A DNA stretch of 63,599 nt, the filler included, from Globobulimina sp. (Eukaryota), in assembly GCA_003354225.1 (NCBI GenBank). It is 39 parts of 39 records of this genome, joined end to end, with 100 filler letters (N's around TTAATTAATTAA, not from the genome) between each part and the next. Parts side by side here need not be neighbours in the genome. Positions count along the whole stretch, not along the records: positions 11,443 to 12,976 come from PIVH01015177.1; positions 13,077 to 14,610 come from PIVH01015178.1; positions 14,711 to 16,244 come from PIVH01015179.1; positions 16,345 to 17,878 come from PIVH01015180.1; positions 17,979 to 19,512 come from PIVH01015181.1; positions 19,613 to 21,146 come from PIVH01015182.1; positions 21,247 to 22,780 come from PIVH01015183.1; positions 22,881 to 24,414 come from PIVH01015184.1; 31 more parts are not named here. One strand, written 5' to 3'. Made by a program: the position numbers and the translations under genes. Positions 12,651-25,214 of the stretch are shown in pieces. Every line of letters begins with the position of its first letter. Positions within the stretch are counted from its first letter, which is position 1. The notes under the pieces are model-generated. The model ran no database searches, was not told where the DNA came from, and was given only the letters and a program-made list of their open reading frames with translations.

Positions 12651-13159
12651 AAAAATCAGTACTTATCGGAGACCCCTATTCCTCTTTTTACATGAATAGA
12701 GTACAAATATCAAACGATCCACAATCTAACGGAGAATATATATCAATGAATGTATTAATTACAAATGATAACAGCCAAATCATTTTTGTTTACAATTTCA
12801 GAGTTAATCATAACAATCCGGTGCTATTTTATCATAAAATATATGCTGGAACAGACCACAGTAGTTACATATTAGGCGAATTAATATTAGATCAAACAAA
12901 TATTGTACATACATTTGGTGGATGGGTATATTATGTTGAAAACGCATGGTTATTATCAGAAACATTGTACGTTACCNNNNNNNNNNNNNNNNNNNNNNNN
13001 NNNNNNNNNNNNNNNNNNNNTTAATTAATTAANNNNNNNNNNNNNNNNNNNNNNNNNNNNNNNNNNNNNNNNNNNNGTACATTATTCATATGGCACAACT
13101 TTGAACATTTTACAACAATGAGAGCTTCATTATTTGCTGTCAAATTTGACTATGAATAA

Positions 13160-14610
13160 TTACCCAAAGTATCCCAATGTATTGTTAGTTTCGTCAGCAT
13201 CCAATTGTTGATAATCCAAATTTATTTCCAATGATGGTTCGTGTTGATGTTTTCTTTTTTTGTACCAATAGAGCGCTAAACCACCAATTAATACAACGAT
13301 TAATATGCTTACAACAGCTGCAATTGTACCACCATTACTTTTACCATCAGTATTATTGGTACTGAAAGCTGTTGGCATATTAGTGGTTGATCCTGCGCTA
13401 TCCCTTGTTGGTACATTTGTTGTTCCTGTTGCGGTGTTACTTGTTGGTACATTTGTTGTTGAACCAATACAATGTTCAGGAGCTTCATCAAATACACCGT
13501 AATCAGGAATTGAATTGTTGAACATTCGAAATTCAGTTATTATTTCAGTACCATTTATAATTATTTTTGTAAATAATGGTTTGGGTATATCGTGTCATTA
13601 TTTTCATCTTTAACATTAATATCATAATAAAAATAATCAATTCCACATTCAAATGTATACATTGTTATATTTGTCATATTTGAATTGTTCAATAAATATG
13701 ATTGATTAAATTGTTCAATAAATGAATGATTTCTACAAATCTTCCCATGCCAACTTGACACTGAATCATTGTCTTTCAATGTACCATTAAATGCCAATTG
13801 GTCAACACCAATACTTTTTAAGTAAAACTGTAAATAATCTGCTTCAGTAAGTTGTGTAGCACCAACTGTATAATTACATATATCATCGTCATCTGCACTG
13901 TCACTGTGATGCATATAATAATTTGTATTATTTTTTAATACATAATATGATGATGTAAAGGATTTCCCATTTGATAGTTTTGAATACATTAAATCATCGA
14001 CATATGAATATGCCATACTAAAATTTAATGTCACTGGTTCTGTGACCTTATTTGAATAAAATGTATATTGTATTCCTTCTGTGTAAAATGTAAACGGCCA
14101 ATATGGATATTGCGGATTGTCCGATAATCTGCGTCTCAAATTTTTGGTTTTATCAGGTTCACAGATACCTGCTGTTTCACAATATATTTCAGCTGGTACT
14201 TGAGCTAATTTATCACAAAATTTATATGTTAAATATCCAACACCTGCGCATATGAATGGATCTAATATTTCTAAAAATAATAAACTTTCACCACACTCTT
14301 CAGATGCAGTGACAAACCCTTCTATGCATTCCTCGCCACCTGCAGCTACCATTGCTGCTTCCATTGTTTTCTGTGCACCCAATTTACATAAATTACATTG
14401 TAATTTATTATATTGACAATGTTCACCATTATATTCTGATTTGCATTCAGTACATTCCAAAGCAACTGAACTCTCGTCACATCCAATACAATTTTCACCA
14501 CATTTATTATCACAATCATTTGTACTAATTATCCAATCTGAACATCCCAATCCAATATATGACCCAGAAAAACTAACACCTTTCTCACATTTCTTATTTG
14601 CTTTACACCA
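13160..14610 (-). CDS. Single-pass protein: PSI-like/EGF, saposin-like, ependymin-like, S/T stalk, TM, YxxL tail; frameshift near 13580
   Basis: WC...C...CSDW; CKSEYNGEHCQ; CNLCK...YCETAGIC; WPFTFY...FRMFNNSIPDYGVFDEAPEHC; TM IAAVVSILIVVLIGGLALYWY; DYQQL. Confidence 0.65.
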
Positions 14611-14981
14611 NNNNNNNNNNNNNNNNNNNNNNNNNNNNNNNNNNNNNNNNNNNNTTAATTAATTAANNNNNNNNNNNNNNNNNNNNNNNNNNNNNNNNNN
14701 NNNNNNNNNNAGGAATGACAAGATTTGGCTGAATGAGGAGTATGGAGCGGATTATCTGTGGTTTAAGAAGTTGTTAATAGCGCCCAAACAGGAATGTATT
14801 AACCGAATGAGTGTGCGGTTCCCGTGTCCTGTTGTTTCATGGGAGCATCATTAATTAAAGAGCTCCCCTATATTTATAAACCTATGTCATTTTATCGTTT
14901 TTCAATATTAAACAGCTGCTTTTTAATTAATGTCTGAAAGACAAAGATACACATACATGCAAAGAATACACAAAAAAAACA

Positions 14982-15104
14982 ATGCGTGCATTTGCAAACA
15001 ACATACTACGAGCTATAGAATGGCTTGAATTAATTGCTTATGTCGTTGGAATTGCTTTGACAATATTTAAAATTTGGAAAGACTATACTGCTACTAATGA
15101 ATAA
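14982..15104 (+). CDS. Candidate 40-aa single-TM microprotein
   Basis: AAAAAAAACAATG start context; MRAFANNILRAIEWLELIAYVVGIALTIFKIWKDYTATNE*. Confidence 0.4.
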   Translation: MRAFANNILRAIEWLELIAYVVGIALTIFKIWKDYTATNE

Positions 15105-15166
15105 GAATCTGACACAACAACCAAAATACCAGCTAAATATTGAGTTTTTTTTTGCAACTGAACATC

Positions 15167-16096
15167 ATGGCAAGTAAACGGTGGAGCACTGTAAAAAAAG
15201 GCGGTTTTAAGCGACATGCACCAGGCATAAAATCTCGACGTAAACATAAAAAGCATGGTGCATTTATACCAATTGTAAATGGTGTCTCAAATTCAAATAA
15301 GAACATCTCTTTCAAGACTTTAAAGGCCAAAACAATCAAAGAAATAGAATTTATGAAAGAAACAGAATTTTATAAACAATTAATAATGAATTTTAATTTA
15401 ATATCATCATCAAATTACAAATTACTGTGCAAAATAAGCGAAACAAACGACATGTACAGCAAAGAAGAGATAGAGAATGTGTCAAACATATTGAAAGTGA
15501 ATATAATTTGCTATGGTTTGGGCAATTTTTCAAAATCACTGAGTTCAATGAAACAAATGTCCGTTTTATGTTTGATTATAGATTCGCTCGGAAATGATAA
15601 AAACAACTTTATTTTAAATAAGTGTGACTTATTTGATCCAATTTTAACTTCAACAGAAAAAAAAGTATTAAAATATTTTGGAATTACTGTATTATTAAAT
15701 GATACAAATGGAAAATATGCAATGAATGAGAATAGTAATAATATGATAACATTATGTTTCATGCCGCATTCTCCACTCTTTTTATATAATAATTTGTTGG
15801 CTGCAAATTGGTTTAATAAATATGTATTAACCAAACTGTATATCATTGGCAATTCATTCGAACAATACCATGATTTGCAAGGCAATAAAGAAATAAATTG
15901 GATTCTAATGACACACAAATTGGACATCATAAAAGAAATAGATATTCATCAATGGATTGACAACAATAATTATGTCACAAGCAATGCCTTTGCGTTTCAA
16001 AAATTAATATATTTTCCAATTCAAGAAATTCTCAAATATCAAGACACAAAATGGATAAACATTTATCACAAATTGCTCAAACAGCTAGCACAATAA
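15167..16096 (+). CDS. SRRD: SRR1-domain protein
   Basis: IICYGLGNF, LFDPILT, LCFMPHSPLFLYNNLLAANW, IIGNSF. Confidence 0.9.
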   Translation: MASKRWSTVKKGGFKRHAPGIKSRRKHKKHGAFIPIVNGVSNSNKNISFKTLKAKTIKEIEFMKETEFYKQLIMNFNLISSSNYKLLCKISETNDMYSKEEIENVSNILKVNIICYGLGNFSKSLSSMKQMSVLCLIIDSLGNDKNNFILNKCDLFDPILTSTEKKVLKYFGITVLLNDTNGKYAMNENSNNMITLCFMPHSPLFLYNNLLAANWFNKYVLTKLYIIGNSFEQYHDLQGNKEINWILMTHKLDIIKEIDIHQWIDNNNYVTSNAFAFQKLIYFPIQEILKYQDTKWINIYHKLLKQLAQ

Positions 16097-16344
16097 TGGG
16101 AAGCAATAGTTTAACCCTTGAAACCGTCGAAACTCGAAACTTCTAATATACTGAGCAATAGTTTCATTTTTTGCAATACGAATTCAGATCTAGTAAAAAA
16201 ACCTTACTGTGAACAATGAACTTTGAAGAAGCAGAAAAAATCGANNNNNNNNNNNNNNNNNNNNNNNNNNNNNNNNNNNNNNNNNNNNTTAATTAATTAA
16301 NNNNNNNNNNNNNNNNNNNNNNNNNNNNNNNNNNNNNNNNNNNN

Positions 16345-16581
16345 AATTTGCTGTGATAATTGTTTATATTTTTCCTTTGTTTCATTCAATTCAAACTTCA
16401 ATTCTTTGCATTCATCAATTAATCGCATATTCTTTTTTTGTAATTCAGCTTTTTCTGTTTGCAATTCCGCTTTTTCTGTTTGTAATTTTGTTTGGTTATT
16501 TAATAAATCATCAACAATTGTTTTTAATGCGTGTTTATCAGATTTTATTTCCTTATTTTGTTCCTTGTATGATTTGAACAT
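16345..16581 (-). CDS. Coiled-coil protein fragment
   Basis: Heptad-rich, with LQTEKAE duplicated; runs off the contig. Confidence 0.5.
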
Positions 16582-17231
16582 TCTATTTGATGCAACTAAA
16601 AATATAACAAAGAGTGTAACTTAACTTCCAATAAACTGGTTTGTGTAACACATGCAATCAATTTCTTATTTAACTGTATATAACGTATTTAAATATATGG
16701 CAAGAAACCAGAAATACGTACGGCAAACCTTAAAGTAGAGCGTCTGTCTTTGTACCAATTGGGTTGTAAACACCATTAATTTGCAACCACAATATGGACA
16801 AATAGAAACAATATACTCATATGACAACGCTATACTGTCAGATAGAAACAATATAGGGTCAAATGGAAACAGTATTTGTAGACTTGCGAATATATGTGCG
16901 GTATATTGTTTCAGTTGTACATACAACCTTGTTTTAGATTTATAGCATGGCTCTGAAAATTCTTGCCATATGTTAATGCACAAACATTCAATGTAATAAC
17001 ATTCTGTGATTAGTGCCCAAAAATATTTCCAAAGACACTTGTCTGTGACACATATCTCAACGATATATATTTTCAAAACATGCCTGCGTATTTTCTTCAC
17101 GTAATCGTAATACCACACTTTCCAATAATTGAGGATTCACTGAATACAATTCAGCATTTTCATTCATTTTAGCCTCCTGACCAACATTCTATGTAATAAC
17201 ACATGTACAGAGGTTGTGTGTCACTGTTTTA

Positions 17232-17732
17232 TTAATAATAAAATTGTAGCTGTCGAACCTGAATTTCGTTTCCATTCTTATCAAGAAACTTATTGACTTT
17301 CACATAACATTTGAAAGAAAAGGAATTTAAATTTCTAAAAGCTGCAAATTCCATTACGTTATTTGTTGAGAAAGAATGGACACCATTCGAAGGACTTAAT
17401 TCTTTAGTTCTTGTCCCCTCAAATGATACATCGTCACAAATATATTTAAAATCAACTTCAATGGAAAACACATCCGTTGGTAATTTATGCACAGCGCACC
17501 AAACAACCGCTCCATTGAACCGATCCCATCCTTTGGGGGTGAGTTCAAAATAAAAGGTGCAACCATCTGTTTCAAAATAATCGCTTGTTATGATATCCCC
17601 ACGTTTTGCATTTTTAAATAAATTAATATCTTCCTCGTCTGTGAAACTCCAAACAAAATATTCATTTGGTGTGTTCTCATATTCTCGAGTCAATGCTTTT
17701 GTTAAATTATATTGCTCGTCGAAATGTGACAT
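17232..17732 (-). CDS. MATH/TRAF-like domain protein
   Basis: FVWSF...SDYFETDGCTFYFELTPKG...LP...FKCYVKV pattern. Confidence 0.6.
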   Translation of the reverse strand: MSHFDEQYNLTKALTREYENTPNEYFVWSFTDEEDINLFKNAKRGDIITSDYFETDGCTFYFELTPKGWDRFNGAVVWCAVHKLPTDVFSIEVDFKYICDDVSFEGTRTKELSPSNGVHSFSTNNVMEFAAFRNLNSFSFKCYVKVNKFLDKNGNEIQVRQLQFYY

Positions 17733-17979
17733 GTTGTATTTAAATTTGAAAACTGTTTACTTTTATCATGGATGTGAGAAGTAAGAACATTAGGGTTTTT
17801 GCTTTTAGTTAATTTCTTCAATGAACGCTTTGATAATTGAAGAAAAAAAAACTTTTGTCATTTAGAAACATAACATTTNNNNNNNNNNNNNNNNNNNNNN
17901 NNNNNNNNNNNNNNNNNNNNNNTTAATTAATTAANNNNNNNNNNNNNNNNNNNNNNNNNNNNNNNNNNNNNNNNNNNNT

Positions 17980-18258
17980 TTCTTTTTGATTCGATCCAAT
18001 AAAAATTATCAACCTCAAATTTTTACAGTTAGTCAAGGATACGAAACATATGCAGTCTTTGATTTTCCATCTACTTCCAGTGCAATAATGATTGGATTTG
18101 GATACGGACATGATTTGGGAATACATATGAATGGAAATGTAAACACATCTTCTTATACAAGTAAAACTACATATAATTTACCAAATGCACACTATTTAAA
18201 TGGTGGAGTGAGCAATTTTAAAGTGGTAGAAATTGAAGTATTTCAAGCTATTGAATAA
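17980..18258 (+). CDS. TLDc domain C-terminus (5' partial)
   Basis: FLIRS...FGYGHDLGI...YLNGG..NFKVVEIEVFQ. Confidence 0.85.
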   Translation, partial: FFLIRSNKNYQPQIFTVSQGYETYAVFDFPSTSSAIMIGFGYGHDLGIHMNGNVNTSSYTSKTTYNLPNAHYLNGGVSNFKVVEIEVFQAIE

Positions 18259-18458
18259 CTATACTTGCATACTAAACCTACCCTGTATAATAATTAACTA
18301 TATTCCTGATTATTCCATAATATATCTTGACATCAAAAAGTGAGACTAATTACTTTCATTTTTGTTGTCATGTACAGTTTATGGAAAATAGTGACTATTA
18401 TGGTAAAAAAACATACATATTAACATAAAGAATATATAAAGTTATTAGTCATTTGTCT

Positions 18459-19512
18459 TTATTTCTCCATTGCAAGTGCCATATTATAATACGCATCCTC
18501 CACTCTATAAATATATTTCGCAAGATTGAAATATCCCTCATACTCTATACTATCATCACTCGCACACTCCACATACACTCCGCCTTCGTTACAATGATGA
18601 TTCAACGACACACAATTCGTAGACTCCAATGTCAAATGCAATTTTCCATTCTCTGAGGGATCGTCCGTCAAAAACGTGCTAAACATAATCATATTTGGTC
18701 CAAACTCATAATATTTATATGTCTTCCTTATAGCATCCATATCATTGTGATCCACACAGACAAAATCCGGTGAAATATGTGCCCTCACTTTGCCTTTCAA
18801 CACCTATAAAACCACAAAAAACACACAGAATATACGCACAATCGCACACAAACCATACCTTAATCACTCCACCAACCCCAATCTGCGCAGCTTTGTCAAC
18901 GCCTTTAATAGTTTTAAGTGCCTCCCGTATGGTGTTAGTGATGTTCAATTTGCCCGTTCGTTGTGATACTTTTATATACAACACAGGTTCGTCGGTCTTG
19001 CCGTCGCATACAAACAAACTGGATTTGCAGCCAACTTCCTCAGACGGATAAAAGTTGACTTGCGGCCCGAAAATGTCTTCTTTCTTCTCCTCGATATCCG
19101 CATTGTCGTTGACTTGGTTTTTTTTCTCGTCGTCGCCTTGCAATTTATCAATTTTTATGAAGCGCGTATGTCGTAGTCCAGGCACCTTCGAATTGACGCA
19201 TAATTCGCCAGTTTTGCCGATAATGGATTGCGAAGCATGCGCTCCGCCAAAGACTAAGCCAGTTTGTAAACCGCACGCTTTTACGATGTCAGGTAATTGG
19301 TATTTGGTTTTTTTTTGATGTTTTTTGGAATATAAATATGGCGCACCGCCGACCTCGACGATGCGGGTGGAACCACAGATTCCTTTCGTGGCCAAATTGC
19401 CCCATTCACTTAAATCGGGACATTCAGCCAAGACCGCAATTTGTACGTTTTTGTAATTCGACTCTAAGCCTTTTCGAACTTCGGGTAGAATGTCCTTTAA
19501 ATCTGGCGTGTA
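18459..19512 (-). CDS. C11orf54/PTD012 (DUF1907) ester-hydrolase-like protein, one intron (5' partial)
   Basis: PDLKDIL..GLESNYKNVQIAV..ECPDL, RIVEVGGAPYL, GVGG | intron 18804-18858 | KGKVRAHISPDF, IEYEGYFNLA..IYRVED. Confidence 0.85.
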
Positions 19513-21246
19513 NNNNNNNNNNNNNNNNNNNNNNNNNNNNNNNNNNNNNNNNNNNNTTAATTAATTAANNNNNNNNNNNNNNNNNNNNNNNNNNNNNNNN
19601 NNNNNNNNNNNNGCTTTTAATCTCGGTTTGGTTATGAATCCATTTGAATTCATTGTTGGTCAATAATTGAGCGTATCGACGACTGCTGGTTGGATGTACT
19701 GTGGTGTGTCGTGATGGATTGTTTTATTATTTGGCGGTAACAGTAATAATTTGCAACTTAACATGTCATTTCATTACTTTTTTTATTGTAATAAACAACA
19801 TTTGAGAATACAGAATACATTGAACAAATAATAACAATGATCACGTGCATATTTACAATGAATCATTCAAAAAAAGTTTGTTTGAATAATAGCAATCACA
19901 TATTGTGCTAATTTGCGCTCAGTTTTAAAGTATTTGACAGCTACCATTACATTAACAGTCAGTGCTTTAAAGATTTTCTGTCATTACCCAATTGGGTTTT
20001 TGATTTTCTGTCAGTAGCTCACTTCAAGAAAACTTCAATTTCTAAGAAGACTTGAAATAAAAAAATGAATCATTGAGGTTGGTATTCTATTGGATAAATG
20101 GATGATTGAATCAGTTTATATATTATATGTATAGAAAAATATATCTTGATATCGGAGTTTAATCTTTGAAGTATTGAGAAACATACGTTTGGTCTCAGAA
20201 GTATGACCAGTTGACCACCATAGATTTACTGTTTACAATTTGTATGCCAGACACAGCTTTTTCAAGAACTGGTTCATGCCTAACAAAAAAGTGTGTCACC
20301 AAATCCACTAACTAGCCATTGTTACAATAAAAAGAGAGAAAGATATATATTTCGAATTAAAAACCATATGTTATGCAAAAAAAACAACAGTCCACCATCC
20401 TATAAGGAATAATCGCAGCCTCCAACGATGATTGCCTTTCAGTAATTACATGAACGTGCCATACATGATGGTTCTCAACCATCTAAGATTTCCTTGTCCC
20501 ATCTCGTCTCCATACATCTTATGATAATAAATTCTTGCCACGCAAATGGATGTTCCACGCCGCATATAATATCATACAGTACATTTGAATAATAATTAAC
20601 GTTAGAACAAAATTTGTGAAATGAAGATATACTGCCACATTGACTTTCATATTTGATTTGTAGCATCTTGATGATGATGAATGCCAATGTGCAGCAACAA
20701 ACACCTTTGGTAAGGAATGACGACGACATCTTTAGTAATTTAAATACTGAAATCAAGTTCAAGTAATGGAATTTAAGGTAGATTAAAAGTGGTATATTGC
20801 CAACATCTATTCGTGATACAATAATATCAGCAACATCAACAGCAACATCATGACCAGGATCAATTATCAGTTGAAACACGCAAACTACTTCGAAACGTTC
20901 TTGGTACATCATAGCCAATGCCACGATCACCACTTGTAATATTAGCAAGTAAATAGGCAGCATTTGGTAGCCAATCATCAGCCGATCCATCCGATGAATC
21001 CTTCATATTTGCTTCTGCTTATTTTGTCAATATATTCTCATTATTATATAAGCAATAAAGGGCATTGTTAATATGAACCAACTTTCTACGAATGTATTGT
21101 CAGTTTTATTTTTTTTCCAACCTGCTCTCAAATCAAACAATGTATTNNNNNNNNNNNNNNNNNNNNNNNNNNNNNNNNNNNNNNNNNNNNTTAATTAATT
21201 AANNNNNNNNNNNNNNNNNNNNNNNNNNNNNNNNNNNNNNNNNNNN

Positions 21247-22780
21247 ATGAAAAAGTACGAGGCCAACTTGCAAAAAGAAGTGAAATATTTGCAAGTGGAA
21301 TATGAGCGCATCCAACGGGAACAGGCCAATGCGGCCAGACTGGCATTGCAAGAGCACCAAATGGGAAAAACCGGCGGCTCGACATCTTCAGCAAAATCAT
21401 CAAAGCGTCCTCCTCCTCTTTGGATCAGCACAAAATGCAAAACAAATACAACGCGGAGCAAAAGCAGGTGGAAATTGCAACGAATGTGGAGCTGACGGAG
21501 AATATCGTGGCGGTGGACGGGATGATTGGAAATATGCTGCTGACGTTGGTGAAGGATGTGGGACAATGCATGGCTCGCAACATCAAAATGAGTCTGAAAG
21601 TGACGAGTGCCAAATACATCCAGTTATGGAGCCGCTTCCCGCAGAGCGTGCCCTCGTACTTCCCCATCATTCAACGGGTCGCGAGGTTGGGCAAAATGTG
21701 TATGCACGAATTGATTTTCACCGTCATCGAGGCGGACAAACACAACGCCCGCAGTAAGAGTAAGGGCACGAAGCGGTTCAAGTTTACGACGCTGCGACAC
21801 CACATCAAGCAGTTTGGGCAAAGTGAGCTGAATCCGCAGATCTGCCAATATGTGATTGACTTTATGATGGTGGACATGTTGCAGCATTGCATGAAATGGC
21901 TGACGCCGTCGGAGCTGTACACGACTGAACAGGAAGGCAAATACGCCATGTTTCATATTGAAGTGAACAACAAATGCATCCAGAAGCTGCAGACGATAAG
22001 GAATGACAAATTGGGACTGGAATTGGCGGGGAATTGGACACTGAAAAGGTTGCGGAAATGGGGAGTCTTGATCTCGATCTTAAGCCCAACGTATCCGGAA
22101 TGCGTGGTGGATAATTTCAAATTGCTATACAATGCCTATCCAAATGACGCAGACGGCTTTCTGTTCGGTGCCAGTTACATCAAATTCCATTGCGATACGG
22201 ATTCGGTGCCGACGATGCAAGAATACTTTGATTGGATCTATTCGCTCATCGTCAAGAACCAGGAAAACTAGCAGCGATTGAAACTGATTATGCTGACTTT
22301 GGAGCATAATATCCGCGCATTGACCATCAACGCGGACGTCCAGAATCCGGTGTTTTTCATGAAGATCCAAAGTGAGTGTTTTGCGGAGCTCTACAAAATA
22401 TTGTCTACGCGGGGCCGCCTCAAAGGCTTTAAAGTGGACATATTGCAGGTATTGCGCACTTTGTTGGTGGCGATGAAGGACCCGTCCAAACGCAGCGCGA
22501 TCATGAAGTGCTTCATTGAGATGCTGCTGCATCACGACTGGCAGACGCCGGCCTGTTTGACCATGCTACTGAAGACCATCACGCATTTACTGGACCATTA
22601 CAGGAAGTTGGTGGTGTTGGACGAAGAGGGCATGTATCAGAAGCTCATCAACAACGAGAATGCCAACGAAGAGCGGAAGAATGAAGACCCGCTCCGCAAA
22701 GGGCAAGAGTTGCCGGCCTGGTTTGCGTGGCAGAATCGAGCCGACGCGCTGGGTTTTGTGCTGCTGTACCACTATCATAT
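21247..22780 (+). pseudogene. Helical hypothetical protein with a frameshift (~21415) and in-frame TAG (22269-22271)
   Basis: ORFs 21420 and 22278 share a frame (QEN*QRLKL). The coding-like 21247 frame shifts at RPPP. Confidence 0.55.
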
Positions 22781-22880
22781 NNNNNNNNNNNNNNNNNNNN
22801 NNNNNNNNNNNNNNNNNNNNNNNNTTAATTAATTAANNNNNNNNNNNNNNNNNNNNNNNNNNNNNNNNNNNNNNNNNNNN

Positions 22881-23719
22881 GGGTTGCTAATATAATATAG
22901 AATTATAATAAAAGATAATATAAAATATACAAATGTACCTAATGGTAAATAATGACTCTGCCATTTTTGTTTAGCAACGTTACGCTCATTTCCATCATAA
23001 TCATCATCATTACTTATTATATAACGCCACATTGCATCATTTGGAGACATTATCTTTTCATCGTTTCTGCCAATATTTTTTTGTCCGCCACAAATATAAA
23101 TCCATTCTGAACCATTCTGGTTTGTCGAGAAAACGCGTGCATGATCACCAAATTTCATAATACGCGCAATAAAAACCTCACTATTTTTATATTTTGTGGC
23201 TGTAGAATATGGAATATGGATATAGTTATCGTCTAAATCTGATTTTGATTCTGCCCCAAAAATGTATACTTTATCGGTTGCGGAGTTATACGCGATGTTG
23301 GCATGATTTCCATTGGTTGTTTCTATCGATTTATTTAAAGATATAATTTCATTCTCTGCTAATTCTAATGTTAAAATATCGCGATTATTCTCTACAAAAT
23401 ATATTTTATTTTGAGTCACATTTAATGCATATACGGTATTAAAAATATCAAATTCTTCGTTACATTTAATTTCAACTGGATTTGCGGAGGTCATTTCGCG
23501 TCGATCTAAATCTAATTTGATATATGACGTTGTTTTAGTTTTACTGTTTGTGGAGAAAAATATCACTTCATTTCCGTTGACCAGCGGTGGTGTTGGAATA
23601 TTAAATGGTAATTCCAAGATTGCCGATTTTCCTTCAAATTGCAACCTTTCCGCCGCGGTTTGTGATGCTGCTGGCTGTCGTGTCACTGCCTCTTTTTCTT
23701 GTGAACTGAGACAGCCCAT
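22881..23719 (-). CDS. Kelch-like beta-propeller protein with N-terminal MGC lipidation motif (3' partial)
   Basis: MGCLSS start; KVYIFG and WIYICGG...MWRY blades. Confidence 0.6.
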
Positions 23720-23771
23720 GTTTTTGAAATTATTGCCAAAATGTGAAGTCTGCGAAAAGTTTTTTTTTTCC

Positions 23772-24414
23772 ATGTCATATTCATCACCAAGAGTGGTGCG
23801 CGCAAATATCTATGACGCAGACAATACCAAACCTAATATGATTCCAAACAATGACAACAAAAGCCATTCCCATCAAGTGATGGTTATGAATGCACAAAAG
23901 GCCCATACTACGCCCGCAAACCTTGGAAATACTCAATTCAACGCATATTTCCACCCAAATCATAACAACTTATCCCAGCCGCAATATAATGCCAATAACA
24001 GATTACAATATCCATCAAATCCATCAGTCCATGGATCTCAACGACATTTCACTCAACGAAGTCGTGAATATGTCAGTTATCGCAACGCCAGTCATCATGC
24101 ACCAAATACAACCAATCATAGCAACACTGCCAATTGTCCTCAACCTTTGTTTTATAACAATAACCAACGGAGACGCATGGTGAACAATATAAATATAAAC
24201 AACAATGGTCAGTTTACTAACAATATCTTACCACCGCCACATTGTATCAATGCACCGGCGCCGAACCCACCATTCATAGCACCAAATCCACTGCAAACCA
24301 CCAACCAAATATTGTACAAGTCGCCGTTAAAAAATATCACCAATATAAGCACTGATTTTATTGATTTAACCCAGTTGACAGAATCTTATGTGCCGCCTTT
24401 AGTTACCTCCCCAC
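23772..24414 (+). CDS. N/P/Q-rich disordered protein (3' partial)
   Basis: ATG 23772 MSYSSPRVV...; open to the contig end. Confidence 0.6.
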
Positions 24415-24514
24415 NNNNNNNNNNNNNNNNNNNNNNNNNNNNNNNNNNNNNNNNNNNNTTAATTAATTAANNNNNNNNNNNNNNNNNNNNNNNNNNNNNN
24501 NNNNNNNNNNNNNN

Positions 24515-25035
24515 AACCTAATAAAAGGGCAATATTGTTACTGGCTACAATCGATGGTTTGATGTGCATCAGAATCACTGCAATGAATGATAATGGATTC
24601 GCAAGCATATGACTGGATGCACTGCATTGTAATCGCATTGCTGTTGCTACCATTAATTGTCGCAGAATTACAACTGTCACGGCCTGAACAAAGGACATCA
24701 CACCCGGCATTGTTGCAATTCATTGTGACGTCCGCGCAAGACTCAGTTCCGCTGCATTGTAATACACATTGATAACCACTGGGACAATTTACAACCATTC
24801 CCGTACATGCATCCATGGCGCTGCAAACAATTGGCCGCACCTGAAATGAGGGACAATCTACTGTCCTGCGACGACATTCAGAGCTTTGGTCACAGACTAA
24901 TTGGTAACTTACTTGACAGTGAAGACATAATAATATGGCTATGATGTTGATTGATTTGGTAAATAATGTTATATGTTTGAGATGATTGAAGATAAAACGT
25001 TAACTGATGAGCATTGACAACAGAATAGATGCCAT
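24515..25035 (-). CDS. Secreted Cys-rich repeat protein, one intron
   Basis: MASILLSMLI | intron 24939-25004 | TILLCLHCQ signal peptide; repeating C-x5-C units (CSGTESC, CSGRDSC). Confidence 0.7.
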
Positions 25036-25214
25036 GGCCAAGGGCCTGGACGCTGGAAAACTTAGAAGATGTTTTTTAAGGTTGTCCCCTCTGTTCATGT
25101 AATGGGTTCAGGATATAGCTCTAAAATAACGTTTGTGAACACCGATACACCAGAATCTTTATTGCATGCAAAGTTAAAATAAATTAATAATCATATTTTT
25201 ACCAAATCAGTGAA

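Noticed and set aside
16666..17118. 150-aa minus-strand ORF
   Set aside because: No ATG start, no motif and atypical composition; probably spurious.
19613..21146. ORF 20475-20990 and coding-like patches
   Set aside because: No consistent frame or family motif; possibly decayed sequence, but no call can be supported.
24538..24540. TAA in the Cys-rich protein as another premature stop
   Set aside because: It overlaps a plausible GT donor (CA|GTAAC) near the contig end, so it is probably intronic.
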